Source: Camelus ferus
Lineage: Eukaryota
Reading direction: 5' to 3'
NCBI RefSeq assembly: GCF_009834535.1
Contig: NC_045697.1
Coordinates: 82,214,001 to 82,278,000 of the forward strand
Length of the DNA: 64,000 nucleotides
The notes under the pieces are model-generated. The model searched no databases. It saw only the letters and a list, made by a program, of their open reading frames with translations, and was not told where the DNA came from. The stretch's first letter is position 1. Each line of letters starts with the position of its first letter. Below, piece by piece: positions 14,012 to 27,067 of the stretch. The position numbers were made by a program, and so were the translations under genes.

Positions 14012-15790
14012 AAAAATTTATTTTCCTTAGGTATAATTAACAAATAAAGTTGTGTTTATTTAAAGTGTACAACATGATGATACATACACATTGTGAAATG
14101 GTTTCCACAAACAAGTTCACTAGCACATCTGTCACCCCACATACAGAATGCTTCAGATCTAGTCTTTCATCAGGTTTCAACTATGCAATGCAGTATTAAG
14201 TATAGTCACCATGCTGTACATTAAATCTTCAGAACTTTTTCATCTAATAATTGAAAGTTTTCACTCTTGGAACAACTGTCACGGTTTGTTAAGTCAACAT
14301 TTGTTAAGTAGAACCACAGGGTACCAGATGGTGAGCCAGAGTTTAACAAAAGACCACAAGAGGAGTTGAGATAGAGTGATCTTGACATTCATCACTCACA
14401 GGTCTGGGAGGAAGTACATGGCGTGCCTCAAGGAGCCACACAGCAAGGTCAAGGTAGGGTGCAGGAAGAGAGTGACAGGATCTGGGTCATATGTCATTAT
14501 TAGGGTCTATTGGTGGAATGCTTTCAGGTTCCTGGGCTAAAACCAGTGACAGATTCAAACCAGAGGAGTGGAATTTTGATTATCTCCATGGGGGTCTTAC
14601 CTAAGAGGTGCACTCGAGGAAGGCACTGGGAGACAGGAGACTGTGTATCACATTAACTAAGTGATATCAGGACCTTTCAGTTACCTGTGACTCTGTGGGC
14701 TGTTATCTAGGGCATGTACTTGAGTAACGGGCTAATGTCAGTTTAAGGGCTGCCGCAGGCCCTTTGGCCAACAAAATGGAGTGGCTTAACAAGTCTTGAC
14801 ACCAACATCTCCCCCTTCCCTTTAACCCCAGACCCTGGCAACCACCTTGTCTACTCTTTGTTTTTTATGATTTTGACTATTTTTTAAAGTTCCATATGTA
14901 AGTGATACTATACAATACTTGTCTTTCTGGCTCTGAATTTCACTTAGCATAATGCCCTCAATTTCCATCCATGTTGTCACAGTGGTAGGATTTCCTTCTT
15001 TTTATGGCTGGATAATATTCCACTGTATGTAAATGTATCACATTTTTCTCTTCATTCATTCATGGATAGACACTTAGTGTCCATATTTTGAACTATTGTG
15101 AAAATAAAATATGGGAATACAGATATCTTTTTGAGATACTTTTCTCAATGTTTTCATCTATATACCCATGAGAGGGATTTCTGGATCATGTAGTGGTTCT
15201 ATTTTCATTTTTTAAAAGAAATTTCACCCTCTTTTCCATAATGGCTGCACGAATATACAATTCCAGCAATAACATACAAGGGTTCCCTTGTCTTCACATT
15301 CTTGGCAGCACAAATCTCCCATCTCTTACATAAAAGCCTTTCTAACAGAAATGAAATGATACCTCATTGCTGTTTTAATTTGCATTTTCCTCATCAGGCT
15401 ATTTATGTATCTTCTTTGGATAAATGTCTACTCGGGTCCTTTGCTCAGTTTTAAAGTTGGATCATTTGTGTTTTTTCTATTGAGCTGTAAGAGTTTCCCA
15501 TATATTTTAGATACTAACCTCTTGTCAGTTACATAGTTTGCAAATATTTCCTCCTGTTCCATAGGTTACCTTTTCATTTTGTTGATGGTTTTCTTTACTG
15601 TGCAGAAGCTTTTTAATTGACATAGTTCCACTTGTGTATTTTGCTTTTGTTGTTTGTGCTTTTGATGTCATATCCAAAAAAATCTTTGCCAAAACCAATT
15701 AGGGAATTTTTTCCCTATTTTTTCTTCTAGGAATTTTACAGTTTTAGGTTTCACATCTAAGCCTTTAATCCATTTTGAGTTAATTTTGTA
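14012..15790 (-). mobile_element. L1 (L1MA-type) 3' UTR and ORF2 end, split by an LTR at 14277-14801
   Basis: aagtgtacaacatgatg...tatagtcaccatgctgtacatta; resumes ccaacatctcccc...cctggcaaccacc; ORF2 C-terminal gctgtgcagaagcttttta-like motif. Confidence 0.9.
14277..14801 (-). mobile_element. ERVL-type solo LTR (MER74/MER54-like) nested in L1
   Basis: TG...CA termini, 5-bp TSD acaac/ccaac with one mismatch, L1 sequence continuous across the insertion. Confidence 0.8.
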
Positions 15791-15920
15791 AAAATTCTTA
15801 TGGCTCCAGTATAGGCCTTGCCACCCAGTTAAATGGATTCAGCTTCATATCTATAAAAGCTAAAAGAAGAGGTATATTAAATGGAACTAGGATTGTTTAA
15901 AGAAATAAAGGGCAAGAAGG

Positions 15921-16400
15921 TGTCAACTGAAATAAAAATCACACAATGTGGGAGTGTGAGTTAAATTTTATTCAGAGTAGAATGAGGACTATAGCCCAGG
16001 AGAAAGCATCTCAGGTAGCTCTGAGAACTGATCTGAAGAGGTGGGGGATTTCAGTGAAGGGGGACGTGCAGTCAAGCACACGTCTAGGCAGAGGCTTGCT
16101 ACTAGTCACAAGGAGCAGATGTCACTGTTAATGATTTTGTGCTTTTCTAGATAAGAAGAGGCACAAGAATTTGGGCTTATAAATATTCTCCTGAAACTAT
16201 CTATCTGAAGGCCTGTTCTGCCAGTTTCCCAGAGCACAGCGTGCCTCATTTCTGAGCACCATCCTGAAAGCCTCTCAGGGAGTGTTGGAAGTCAGCGGGT
16301 GAAGTGGTTTATGATTTAATCCAAGCAGAGGTAGATGACAAGTGCCAATGTGATTCAATCCCCATAGAGGCAGGTGGCAAGTGCCAATTTTAAGCTGGCA
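15921..16400 (-). mobile_element. ERV1-type solo LTR of laurasiatherian/artiodactyl type
   Basis: tgtcaact...agctggca termini, 4-bp flanks aagg/aagc, tttatt (minus-strand polyA signal), motif gcatctcaggtagctctgagaactg. Confidence 0.8.
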
Positions 16401-16528
16401 AAGCTTAGCTAACAGATCAAGGGAAGGTTAATATATGAGGAAGAGGAGCGTCACTGTCTGTCAGAGAAGAAGAGGAAAAAAAATCAAGAGAAGCTGCCGA
16501 GATTACATACGCTTTAGGGAAAAGGAAT

Positions 16529-16882
16529 TGTCTTTGTCTGCCCTGCTATAACAAAATGCCACAGACTGGGGATTATAAACAATAAATATTTATCTTTCAT
16601 GGTTTTGGAGACTGGAAGTCCAAAATTACAGTGCCAGCATATTTCTGGTGAGAGCTCTCTCCTGGATTGTAGACTGCCGACTCCTCATTTCATCCTCACC
16701 TGGCAGAAGGTGCAAGGGAGCTGTGTAAGGCCTCATTTATAAGGGCACTAATTCCATGCATGAGGGTTTCATTCCGTGACCTAATCACATTGCAATGCCC
16801 ATGTCTTAATACCATCCCATTGGGCATTAGTCTCAGCATATGTATTTGATGAGAGGGGTACATAAACTTTCTTCCTGTAGCA
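16529..16882 (-). mobile_element. MaLR solo LTR, MLT1A0-like
   Basis: ctgctataacaaaatgccacagactggg...ggagactggaagtccaa...ataagggcactaattcc...taataccatcccattggg. Confidence 0.9.
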
Positions 16883-17084
16883 GGAATAAAGGGGGTTTTG
16901 TTGTCATTTTGTTTTTCCTCAGTCATACCTTGAGCAACCTGTTTGTGTTGCTTTCATATGCTGAAACAGTTCTGTTGAAATCAGGAACACAGAGGCTGTT
17001 CTTTATTTTAATCACATGGAGTTCCTTTGCCATTAAAACACAAATAGCCAAAGGACAGGAAGGCACTGCAATTATTCATATATT

Positions 17085-17285
17085 CACTCCTTCATTTAAT
17101 TCTTCATCAATCTAATACTTATTGAGCACTTATTTTGTGCCAGGTTATATCCTGGGTCCTGTTTAATTAAGAAGACAGAAAAAGACGTCTATCCTGATAA
17201 AACTTGTATTCTAGCAGGGAGAGACAGAATGGCATGATAAAATTGTCAGCTATGTAGTATTAGAAGCTGGTAAGAACAAACGATA
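17085..17285 (-). mobile_element. L2 3' end
   Basis: atacttattgagcacttattttgtgccagg...aagacagaaaaagacgtct...ttctagcagggagagacag. Confidence 0.75.
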
Positions 17286-17689
17286 AAAGTCTCCATTTTT
17301 GTTGCTATGCTTCTCCTGGCTTGAGATAAATCAACTTACTTCCCAACGGAAATTTTTCTCAGTATTGTCACCTTCCTCCTTCATCAGATGATTGCTGCTG
17401 ATAGTGAAGTCCTTCTCTCTAAAATTTCCAAAACAGCTTTAACATATTTCTACACACTTCCTCAAAATTGTATATAACCCCGCCATTTTGTCACATCCAT
17501 TATTCACCTCCTGAAAATCTGAGAAAATACTTCACAACAAATTTTCTCTTGACATACTAGGACTAATGTGAATTTAGATTTAACCTTATCCTCACAAAAG
17601 TCTTGGTTTTATGTGAAAGTGAGTGCAGTTTTATGTTATAGGGGTGTGATTTTATACAAGTACAGGAGCTAGTGAAGTCGTTTCTTTAA

Positions 17690-18150
17690 AGCTCTTGTCA
17701 TGTCTGGTGTGGGAGCTTGAAGCCAGAGAACAGCAGGCAATTAAGATAGGAAGATGGATGTAAGATGGAGAGAAGAACCAGCTGGTACCCACAAATATGA
17801 ACTGGAGCCTTTGAGGACAGAAATCTGTATCAGTTACTATTGCCTCCGACCTCAACGGAAGACCAGGATGCCCTTCATTATGAAGGGAAACACATACACC
17901 TTTGCCTCAGACTCAGAGAAGCTGAGGAGGATACAGGAGAATATGGACCAGTTGTACACCTATGTGCTGCTTCACGAGCCAGCAGGAAAACAAGGGTGTA
18001 TAGGAGATATTGAAAATGGCTGCTGTGTCACTTTTGCCCTTCACATCTCCAGCAAGATTCTCTCTCATGGCCCGTGCTAACTGGAGAAAAAGCTGGAAAG
18101 GAATTCTGGGAAATGTAGTTTAGCTCCTCCAAGTTGACATGTTGCAAAGT
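17690..18150 (-). mobile_element. Ancient ERVL-type LTR fragment
   Basis: GC-richer block ending ggaattctgggaaatgtagtttagct, the reverse of the actacatttcccagaatcc motif. Confidence 0.45.
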
Positions 18151-19221
18151 CATCACGGATATCATGGCTGAATTTCTTCATTTTCACAGAGTAATTGGTT
18201 TGGTCCCCTACGCTATGTCTACAAATTGTTTTCAGAAAAATAGACTCTAAAATCTTTTTTTTTGTTTGTTTTCCTCACATACAGAAATTGTATTATGATA
18301 AAATTATAGAAAGAATTACAATCTTGTGAAATAAAGAATATGATTTCTATGAATCCTCATTCAATTTCCATAAAGGTGAATGAACTCCAACTTTTTCATT
18401 CTGTCACTTGGCTAGCAATTTACATTCCAGAGAGTGAGACTCTTAGGGGTTCCTTCCTGGAGTTCTTGTTTCCTGGCTCTCTGGACCTGATATACAAGAT
18501 GCATGTAAATCACAGAATTGAGTCACCTGTTTAGTAACTCAGGCCAAAACCAAATATTTTCCTCTTTTTAAGAGCACCACAATATTCTTTCGAAACTTAA
18601 GTTTTCTCCATTGGTTAAGATTTATCAGGTAAATTTGAGCACGTAGCTCAAGCTAGGCCAATCACAATAATATAAAAATTCAAAAAACAGTCTAACATGA
18701 AGACAGCTACTTTATTAATTTTAATTAATGGTAATTAATAAGGGATTGATAGTATTACTTAATATTCAAAGAATGCTTCATAAAAACCAGGCCTGTGTAC
18801 TCCCAGGCATGTGTATTAACCAACACTCTATAGACACTTTATTTTGGCACTGTCAGTCCTAGAATTGAAACAGGTAACAAGAACTCAGTCCTGAAACAAA
18901 ATTATGGTTGGCACAGTAAATGAGCCTGAAAGAATAAATCCATAGTAGCATAAAACATTGCCTTAGACTTAGACAGACAACAATCAATACCAGTCCAATC
19001 TAGTCAAGAAGCTGAAAGCACATGCTGTTCATTTAACTCTCTTTCAAAAATTTACACTTCTGCCAGATACTCTCTTGCTTTGTTTGTAGACATAGAATTT
19101 GATAGTTATTTATATTTAGGGAAATTAACAACAGAATATCAGAAAAAGACATTCAGAAACTATTTTTTATTGAACTGTATTTTGGAGTAAATGAACCAGA
19201 GTGTAATAATCTTACAGAATA

Positions 19222-20436
19222 CCAGTTTTCAAAGTGTATCCGTACACTTGTGTGAGGACCCCACAATCCTTTTAGGGAGTCCAAAAGATCAGTACTATTT
19301 TTATAATAATGCTAGGATGTTATTTTCTGTTTTCATTGTGTTAATATGTAAACTAAAGAGTTAGACTCAATGGTGAGTAAAACTGCTGTTGCTTTAGCAT
19401 GAATTAAGACAAGGACACCGAACACTTCTAGTAGTGATTTTTTTTTCACCAGCAAGAACTCATTGTAAAACAAACAGAATCCAGTTTTTATCTTCAATGG
19501 AGGTATAAAAATTAATATTATTAAATATTAGCAATAGTACATTTGTATTTTTAATATCACGTGTGAAAATATGCAGAGTGAAAATATGCATAAAGCACTT
19601 AAGGTGCAGATCAAAGTACAGTCCTTATGTGAAAACACCTGTGCGATTGTTTGATTTGAAAACTGAACTAGTCACTTTTTTCAAATGACCACGACTTAAG
19701 CTTGAAAGAATAAATGAGAGGCAAATTGGGATTATACAGGCTTGAGTACTTGACAGATGTTTTCTCAGAAATGAACTAATTAAGTGAGCCTGACACTAAG
19801 GAAAATAACTTAAAATTTGAACTTAAGAGCAAACATTAGATTTTGAAAACTTTTATATACCGCTTTGAGCTTGATCCCTTCCAGTCTTAAACATTTTTTC
19901 TGACGAGGAAATTAACAGATGCAGTTATTTTTATTTTGTATGTTAAAATGTGTCAACATTTGGATCTGTTTTTTAAAAATCCAAAAACCCAACTTTTTCT
20001 AAATCACCAAAGTATTATGTTGCAAAAACATGCATGGATAAAATGCTCATAAAATAACATAAAATGCAGGTAGGTCCAGTGGATTTTACTGTGACATTCC
20101 ACACTGAGACTAACTGTTAAGAAACTTCTACTTAATATGTTTTCATTTATCACCAAAGAAGAATATCCACAATTATCTGGAAAGGCATATATTAAAAATG
20201 TTGAAAAATGTTAAACAATTCCATTTCCTCATAAATTTTTTACATTGAAAAAATATTTTTTACAAAAAGATTTATTTTAAGATGTAACAAGTTCATTGTT
20301 ATATTATAAAACGTATTTTTTAATATCCATTCAGTATGGTAAATAACCACATAAACCAAACAAAAGCTTTTGAGGAGTCCTCAAAAAAAGTTTAAGTTTA
20401 TGGTTTTCCTGAGGCTGAAGAGTTTGATTACCACTG
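19222..20436 (+). mobile_element. hAT DNA transposon, Charlie1a-like non-autonomous element
   Basis: Starts cagttttcaaagtgt, internal caatggtgagtaaaactgctgttgctttagcatgaatt, ends gagtttgattaccactg (degenerate TIRs). Confidence 0.85.
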
Positions 20437-20534
20437 TTTTCAAGAGTAGAAGTATATAACATATACACCGTCTATTTCAGTACAACTCCTCTATAGTCTT
20501 TTTTACTACCCTGGTAAAACTCACGTATCTTAGA

Positions 20535-20640
20535 TCATTCATTTTTATCAACAAATGTTTGTTGAACAACTATAGTGCAGTAGCCACTTTTGTAGGTGCC
20601 TGGGGTATGGAAGTGAACAAACAGACCCTTTTGCTGCTTT
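20535..20640 (-). mobile_element. L2 3' end fragment
   Basis: tcaacaaatgtttgttgaacaactatagtgc...taggtgcctggggtatggaagtgaacaaacagac. Confidence 0.7.
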
Positions 20641-21831
20641 TATAGATTTTATAGATGTGCTATAGATCTACTGATAGATCTGCTGTGGATCTTATAGCTG
20701 CTGTCGGTCTTAGAGGTCTGCTTTTTTGTCTCTCTTCTAGAGATAATAACCCTTACTCCTTCACCTTCTGCTAATGTCCTGTTGATTCTGGTCTTATTGT
20801 CTTAAGATTTTGAAGCTGTATGCTAAAAATTTTAAATAAAATCTTAAAATAAATATCTTTAAAAAAGTCTTCAAACAGGTTTATTAGTTTTATTCCATAG
20901 ACATAGTAGTTAGACAGAGTCAGTTCTTCAGTTCTGATAAGCTTTATTTTTAATTCAGTTTTATTTGACTTATCACATTTTCAACATTGTCATTGCAAAT
21001 GTTTCCAGACTGTTATGGTTCCCATACCCACACGCCAACACATGTCTTTACAGTTACCTCACCTACTCAAGAGTGAAGTCTGAATTGTGGGAAACCACTC
21101 AGTCTTAGAAATAGATACTGGAGAACTGTCTTTTAGTAACAGATTTCTTATTCCATGAGGATGAATGCATTCTTAAAGAAGTGGGTGCATAGTGAGAAGC
21201 ATGTCCAAAATCCTCTAATTGGAGAGTAAAAAAGATAAAATGAAAGAAGTTGAAAAAAAAAAGAATTAGAAGATTGGTGAATATCTAGAATCTTGAAAAC
21301 TAAGAGAGAATGTAGTTTCAAATAGAATAGAAAGTTTACATGACCAAATGCTACTGAAAATTTGAGGGGGGATATATTTGCTTGTACATATATAGCATAA
21401 TGAAATCTAACTAGTTAGATTTTTTTGTTTTTCTTAAATGAACAGTTTCTCCAAGTTGGCAGGAAAACATTTTTAGGAAAATGATTGTCTAAAGGTATAA
21501 ATAACCCTGAGCTACAAGAAAACTTTATATTTAACTCTCACTCTTCTACTCAACTTTTACAAATTGTACAAAGTCTACTGATATTTCCTGAGTTTTCAAA
21601 ATTTGTATAACAATCCCTACCCTATTTATCAATTTGTGAAAAGAAAATTGATACTATATTAAATATACTTTGTAAAAAAGATCACGTAATTTCAAGTGGA
21701 TGTTTGTTTTAGACAAATATAACTTTATTGACTTACTAGCTTTCTTTTGTTCTAATTTCCTCTCCCCAGCCCATCTAATACATCTTAAGGGCAACTCTCA
21801 AAAGATGGCAATGGCCTAATATTGCATCTTT

Positions 21832-23100
21832 TTTTTTCAGTGAAGTATAGTCAATAACAATGTGCCAGTTTCTGGTGTATAACATAATGTCCCAGTCGTG
21901 TATATATACACATATATTCATTTTCATATTCTTTTTTCATTAAAGGTTATTACAAGATATTGAATATAGTTCCCTGTGCTATACAGAAGAAATTTGTTTT
22001 TTATCTGTTTTTATATATAGTGGTTAACATTTGCAAATCTCAGTCTCCCGAAGTTTATCCCTCTTCACTCCCTTTCCCCTGGTAACCATAGGACTGTTTA
22101 CTATGTCTGCAAGTCTGTCTCTGTTTTGTACATAGATTCGTTAGTGTCCTCTTTTATTTTTTTTATTTCCTTTTTTTTAAAATCCCACATATGAGTGATA
22201 TATATTTTACTTTCTCTTTCTGGCTTACTTCACTTAGAATGACAATCTCTAGGCCCATCTATGTTACTGCAAATGGCATTATTTTATTCTTTTTTATGGC
22301 TGAGTAGTATTCCATTGTATAAATATACCACAACTTTATCCAGTTATCTGTTGATGGGCATTTAGATTGCTTCCATGTCTTGGCTGTTGCATATATAGTG
22401 ATGCTATGAACACTGGGGTGCATATATCTTTTCAAATTGGAGTTCCCTCCAGATACATGCTCAGGAATGGGCATATGGGATCATAGGGTAAGTCTATTTT
22501 TAGTTTTTTTGAGGAATCTCCAGGCTGTTTTCCATATTGCTCCAAACTACATTCTCACCAGTAATATAGGAGGGCTCCCTTTTCTCCACACCCTCTCCAG
22601 CATTTATTGTTCATGTACTTTTGAATGATGGCCATTCTGACTAATGTGAATTGATACCTCACTGTAGTTTTGATTTGCATTTCTCTGATCATTAGTAATA
22701 TTGAGCATTTTTTCACGTTCCAATTGGCCATTTGTATGTCTTCATTGGAGAATTGCTTATTTAGGTCTTCTGCCAATATTTGGATTGGATTTTTTTTTGT
22801 TGTTGTTGTTATTAAGTTGTATGAGCAGAGTATATATAATGGGAATTAAACCTTTGTCAGTCACATCATTTGGAAATATTTTCTCCCATTCTGTAGGTTG
22901 TCATTTTGTTTTACTTATGGTTTCCTTTGTTATGCAAAAGCTCATGTTTAATTAGGTCCCATTAGTTTATTTTTGCTTTTATTTCTATTGCCTGGGTAGA
23001 TTGCCCTAGGAGAACATTGCTAAGATTTATGTCAGAGAATGTTTTGCCTATGTATTCTTCTAGAAGGTTTACTGTGTCTTGTCTTTTAATTGTCTTTAAA
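21832..23100 (-). mobile_element. Young 5'-truncated L1 (~1.27 kb) with perfect 16-bp TSD
   Basis: TSD ctaatattgcatcttt at 21816-21831 and 23101-23116; ORF2 C-terminal peptides in ORFs 22555-22776 and 22259-22474 (…IREMQIKTT…CWRGCGEKG; EYYSAIKKN). Confidence 0.95.
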
Positions 23101-23944
23101 CTAATATTGCATCTTTAAGAGTCTTTTTATCAGGAATTTATAATAAAAAACTGAGTCATTAAGACCATAAAAATGTGATTAACGTCTGTATAAGGAAATT
23201 GTACCAAAGTAATCTGCTAAAAGCTTGAGACAGGAAAAAAAAGTGGAAATTTAGAGGAGAAGATGACAACAAAAAAATGAATTAACAAAATCAGTGATAA
23301 CTTGTCAGTCAGAATTTGACAAAGGAAACATTTGATTGCAATGCAGGTAATTTGCCTGTGAATAGTCAGCTAAAACTTAGTATATTAAGATTTTCAAAAT
23401 TCTACTCATACCCCAGAACATAAATTTTTGTCACAATTATTTTTCCTAAATAGACATGGAAAATATTTCTAAGCACCATTTCATATAATTTTTTATTAAA
23501 CCAAATATTACTGTTTACTGACAATAAGATAGTTTGGAAATAAATCTGAAGAATTAGTTGTTCTTATTAAACCAACATTTAGCACTGATTAATTTGAGCA
23601 AAAGTTAGAATCATCAACCATCGTATGTATGTCTATACAACTTCCTAGACTGCTTCTTTGAAATTTTAAGAGCACAAATAAATTAATAGGTATCTACCTG
23701 ATGTAATGTGGACACACACATTGTATATACATAGCATATTTGGTGTATATAAAGTCTTGCTTTTTCTAACCTCCCTTTCTCAGTTTAGCCTCAAACCTCG
23801 GCAGTTACTCTTACTTTATCCTGTAATGCTCTTGCTCATCCAGATCTTTATATGGTTCATTACATCTCATTATTTAAGTCTCTGGTAAAATGTCACTATT
23901 TTCTACCCTTACTGTCCTATCAAAAACTCAAGCACAGAGTATAT

Positions 23945-24250
23945 AGCTAGTCAGCTTCTGCATGACAGTTATTCATGTGGTTAAAGATAACCATGAGCTT
24001 TCTCTTGTACAGGACATATATCCTTAATTTTATTACCCAATCTTTGATGAATTTGAATATTCTCATCATTCCATTGTTTTCCAAATTGACATCATACTCC
24101 TTAAAATAAGGGTTTAAAAGTGAATAAACTACCATGTGTGGCCTGACCAGTAAAGAGCAGGATAGAACTATTACCTCCCTCATTTTAAATGCTTGACTTC
24201 TGTTATAGTACCGTGAGATTTTAGTATCTGTTAGATGTATCTTACTGTTG
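23945..24250 (-). mobile_element. L3/CR1 LINE fragment, ORF2 C-terminus
   Basis: ORF 23947-24183 REVIVLSCSLLVRPHM…LRIYVLYKRKL…IFNHMNNCH resembles CR1 REVIVPLYSALVRPHL…LGLFSLEKRRL…VFKYLKGCH. Confidence 0.75.
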
Positions 24251-25689
24251 AATCACAATGAGAATATTGGAAATTTAAATACCTAACTAATGTTAGTAAG
24301 CTATTTTCCTCTCTTGATTTATAATTTTAGCTAAATTTGATTTATTCTTGAAAACACTTTATTTTTAATGTTAGAGTATATAAAATAACATTATATAAGT
24401 TGACATCAAGTTAACAATCAACATTAAGAGAATAACTACAATCTCTATCATATTTATTATCTCTTAGTTCTCTATGAGTAATTTTCCTGATGTGTGTTTT
24501 CTCACATTCTTTTACCACAACAGTTTTTTATGAGCAGAATAAATTTGCCATAATCACTAGTTCAAGAAATATATCTCAAATGATTTTGTAGTAATAGAAT
24601 AACATTATAAATTTAATTACTATTGCTATTTATACTTGAGAAATGCTATTAATGAAGATGTTGAAGTAAGTTTTCATCTCCAAAAGTTTGCGCATGTAGA
24701 GGAACACATAATTCACTAAAAAAGTCTCTCTTAAGCATTTCAAAGCTGTTAAAGAATAAAGAGTTAGAGTCTTTCCAGGACCATGAAGCTGCTCAAGCAG
24801 CGGTATTAAAGTAAAAAATGATTGGTATTTTCGCATATAGCATAAACTGATGTACTTTCCCTGTTTCAGTTTCACTATTGAAGAGGGAATCAAAAGAACA
24901 ACCAAAACAGTATGGTTTAACTGTTCAAAAATATTTGAGATGCTCTAAGCATTCAAAATGGAAAAAAAAATTTAAGTATTCCATCTTAATTTCAGTTTAC
25001 TTTGGTTGAGGAAGCTAGGTTCTAGTAGGTAAAGTCAGATAGTTACATTAGTATTGCTGTGGAGACTAATGGCCCACTTTTTCACTAGCCGCCTTAGTTC
25101 CAGCAGTCCTGTATGCGCCCTATCTGTCTTTCCTCTTTCCCAGAGTCCGCAGGTTTCATGCCACAGTTTCATGGGTAATGGGAGAAGGCTAGGTTTGATT
25201 ACTCATAAAACAGTAGGCAGCATAAGCTTCCTGTTTATGTTAGTTCCCTTTGCCCCCAAGTCCCAGGAGGGTGATGGATAACCACACCCAGTCCGATGCT
25301 GTGCTCACAGTGAAGAAATTCAAGCTTGGGAGACCCCAGTCTTATAAAAGAACTGCTGAATTTGCCCAAAATTTTCACAGAATGAGACATTACCTTTATT
25401 TTTTTTCTGGACAGCAAACAAATTTATCTTCTGTTTCAGATCAGAACACACTCTTTGTATTGCACAGCTGTTTATTGTACAGACATCCTTGAAAAGGATG
25501 TCAGGAACAAAATCAGGTACAAGACTTGCGGAAACCTGAAAGACCTATTAAAAATTAAATCCGAACACTCTCAGGAGGTAATTCTTAGCCAAACACCTGA
25601 ATGGCAAGAAGGATGGAGCCACTAATAATCAGGGGAGAGCATCATGGGCAGCGAACTCAACCACTAAGATTCTAAGAGAAGGAAGAATG

Positions 25690-26067
25690 TGGTAATTTTG
25701 AGGGAAAAAACCAAGTCATCATAAGCCATGGGGGAAGTCTAACAAATGAGGTCAGAAATAGGCAGGAGTCACATTACATTATCCAGACTTTACTGTGCAC
25801 ATAAATCACATGGGGATGGATCTTGTTAAAATGCAGATTCTGATTAAGAGTTCTGGGGCAGGGTCTGACATTCTGCATTCCCAACATGCTTCTAGGAAAT
25901 GCCTACCAGTGCTAGTAATCTGAGTAGCAAGGATGTGGAGATTTTTGCAGTGTTTAGGTGAAAAGTGATTGTGGTTTAGAACAGTATGGCAGTCACAGGG
26001 GTAGAGAAAGTTGGACCAATTTAGTGTACATTATAAAAATAGTGATGTTAGTGTTACGGATATAGAG
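25690..26067 (-). mobile_element. L2 fragment hosting MER5 and continuing after the LTR cluster
   Basis: aatgaggtcagaaataggcaggagtcac...ttgcagtgtttaggtgaaaagtgattgtggtttagaac. Confidence 0.6.
25780..25932. mobile_element. MER5-family hAT MITE
   Basis: aatcacatgggga...tcttgttaaaatgcagattctgatt...ttctgcattcccaaca...tgagtagcaagg. Confidence 0.8.
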
Positions 26068-26882
26068 TGTAAAGGAAACAAAGGTAAAAATTCTAAGCAC
26101 CCACTTCAGATGTACGTGTGTGGGTTTGGGGGGTTTCTACAGCACCGACAAGCAATGTTCTGACACCAACATCATGCCCTACAGTTCAACTAAATTCTGA
26201 CAGTATCTACTGGGACCTAGTATCCTAAAGCCACAGGTTAAGGGCTCAATCCTACAAGAAGCACTCACCCTTCAGATGCCAGTTACAGGCCAGGTTATCA
26301 CCTATGCTTTTGATGACCCCCTCCTTGGGTTCAGTTAATTTTCTAGAGCAGCTCACAGAACTCACAGCAACATTTTACTTATTGGATTATAAATTTATAG
26401 ATGAATATAACTCAGGGACAGTTTATAGATGGATATAACTCAGGGACAGCCAGATGGAAGAGATGCATGGGGCAAGGTATAGGGAAAAGGTGTGGGGCTT
26501 TCATGCCCTGTCTGCACGCGCCTCTCTCCAGACATCTCCATGTGTTCACCAACCTGGAAGCTTTCCAGACTCTGTCCTTTTTGGGTTTTATGGAGACTTC
26601 ATTACATAGGGATGATCGATTAAAACATTGGCCATGGATGACTGAACACAATCTCCAGCCAGTCTCCCCTTCCTGAAGGTGTGTGTGTTTGGGGGAGGGG
26701 CGGTGGGGCTAAAAGTTCCAGTCCCCATTCTTAGTTGGAGTCCAAATGTCTCCTCATTAATGTAATAAAAGTTACCTTTTGTCACTTTCATCTCTTAGAA
26801 AATTCCTTAGGTTTTTGTAACTCTGCCAGAAATGGGAACAAAGACCAAATATATATTTCTTACTGTAAATCACAATATCACA
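26068..26882 (-). mobile_element. MER21-like solo LTR
   Basis: aattctgacagtatctac...acaggttaagggctca...tgaccccctccttgggttcagttaatttt...gtgttcaccaacctggaagct; ends aaatcacaatatcaca. Confidence 0.85.
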
Positions 26883-27067
26883 AAAGGCATAAAGGAAAAA
26901 ATCCTAGAGTTTTTGGTTTACAGTGCTGTGTAGATTATAGCACACTTCTTTGAGAAAAAAGAGAAAAAATAGTAGCTTCTGTGTACATGAGTAAAAGTGG
27001 AAATTAGGTATTCTATTTTAAAAATAAGTTTGAACTTACAAGACATCCGAATATATATATATATATA

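Noticed and set aside
17754..18080. 108-aa protein-looking ORF
   Set aside because: Lies within an apparent ancient LTR; no recognisable homology or splice context.
25340..25410. TATAAAA motif and a 13-nt minus-strand AG...GT segment
   Set aside because: Such motifs are frequent in AT-rich DNA; 13 nt is frame-shifting and nothing else supports it.
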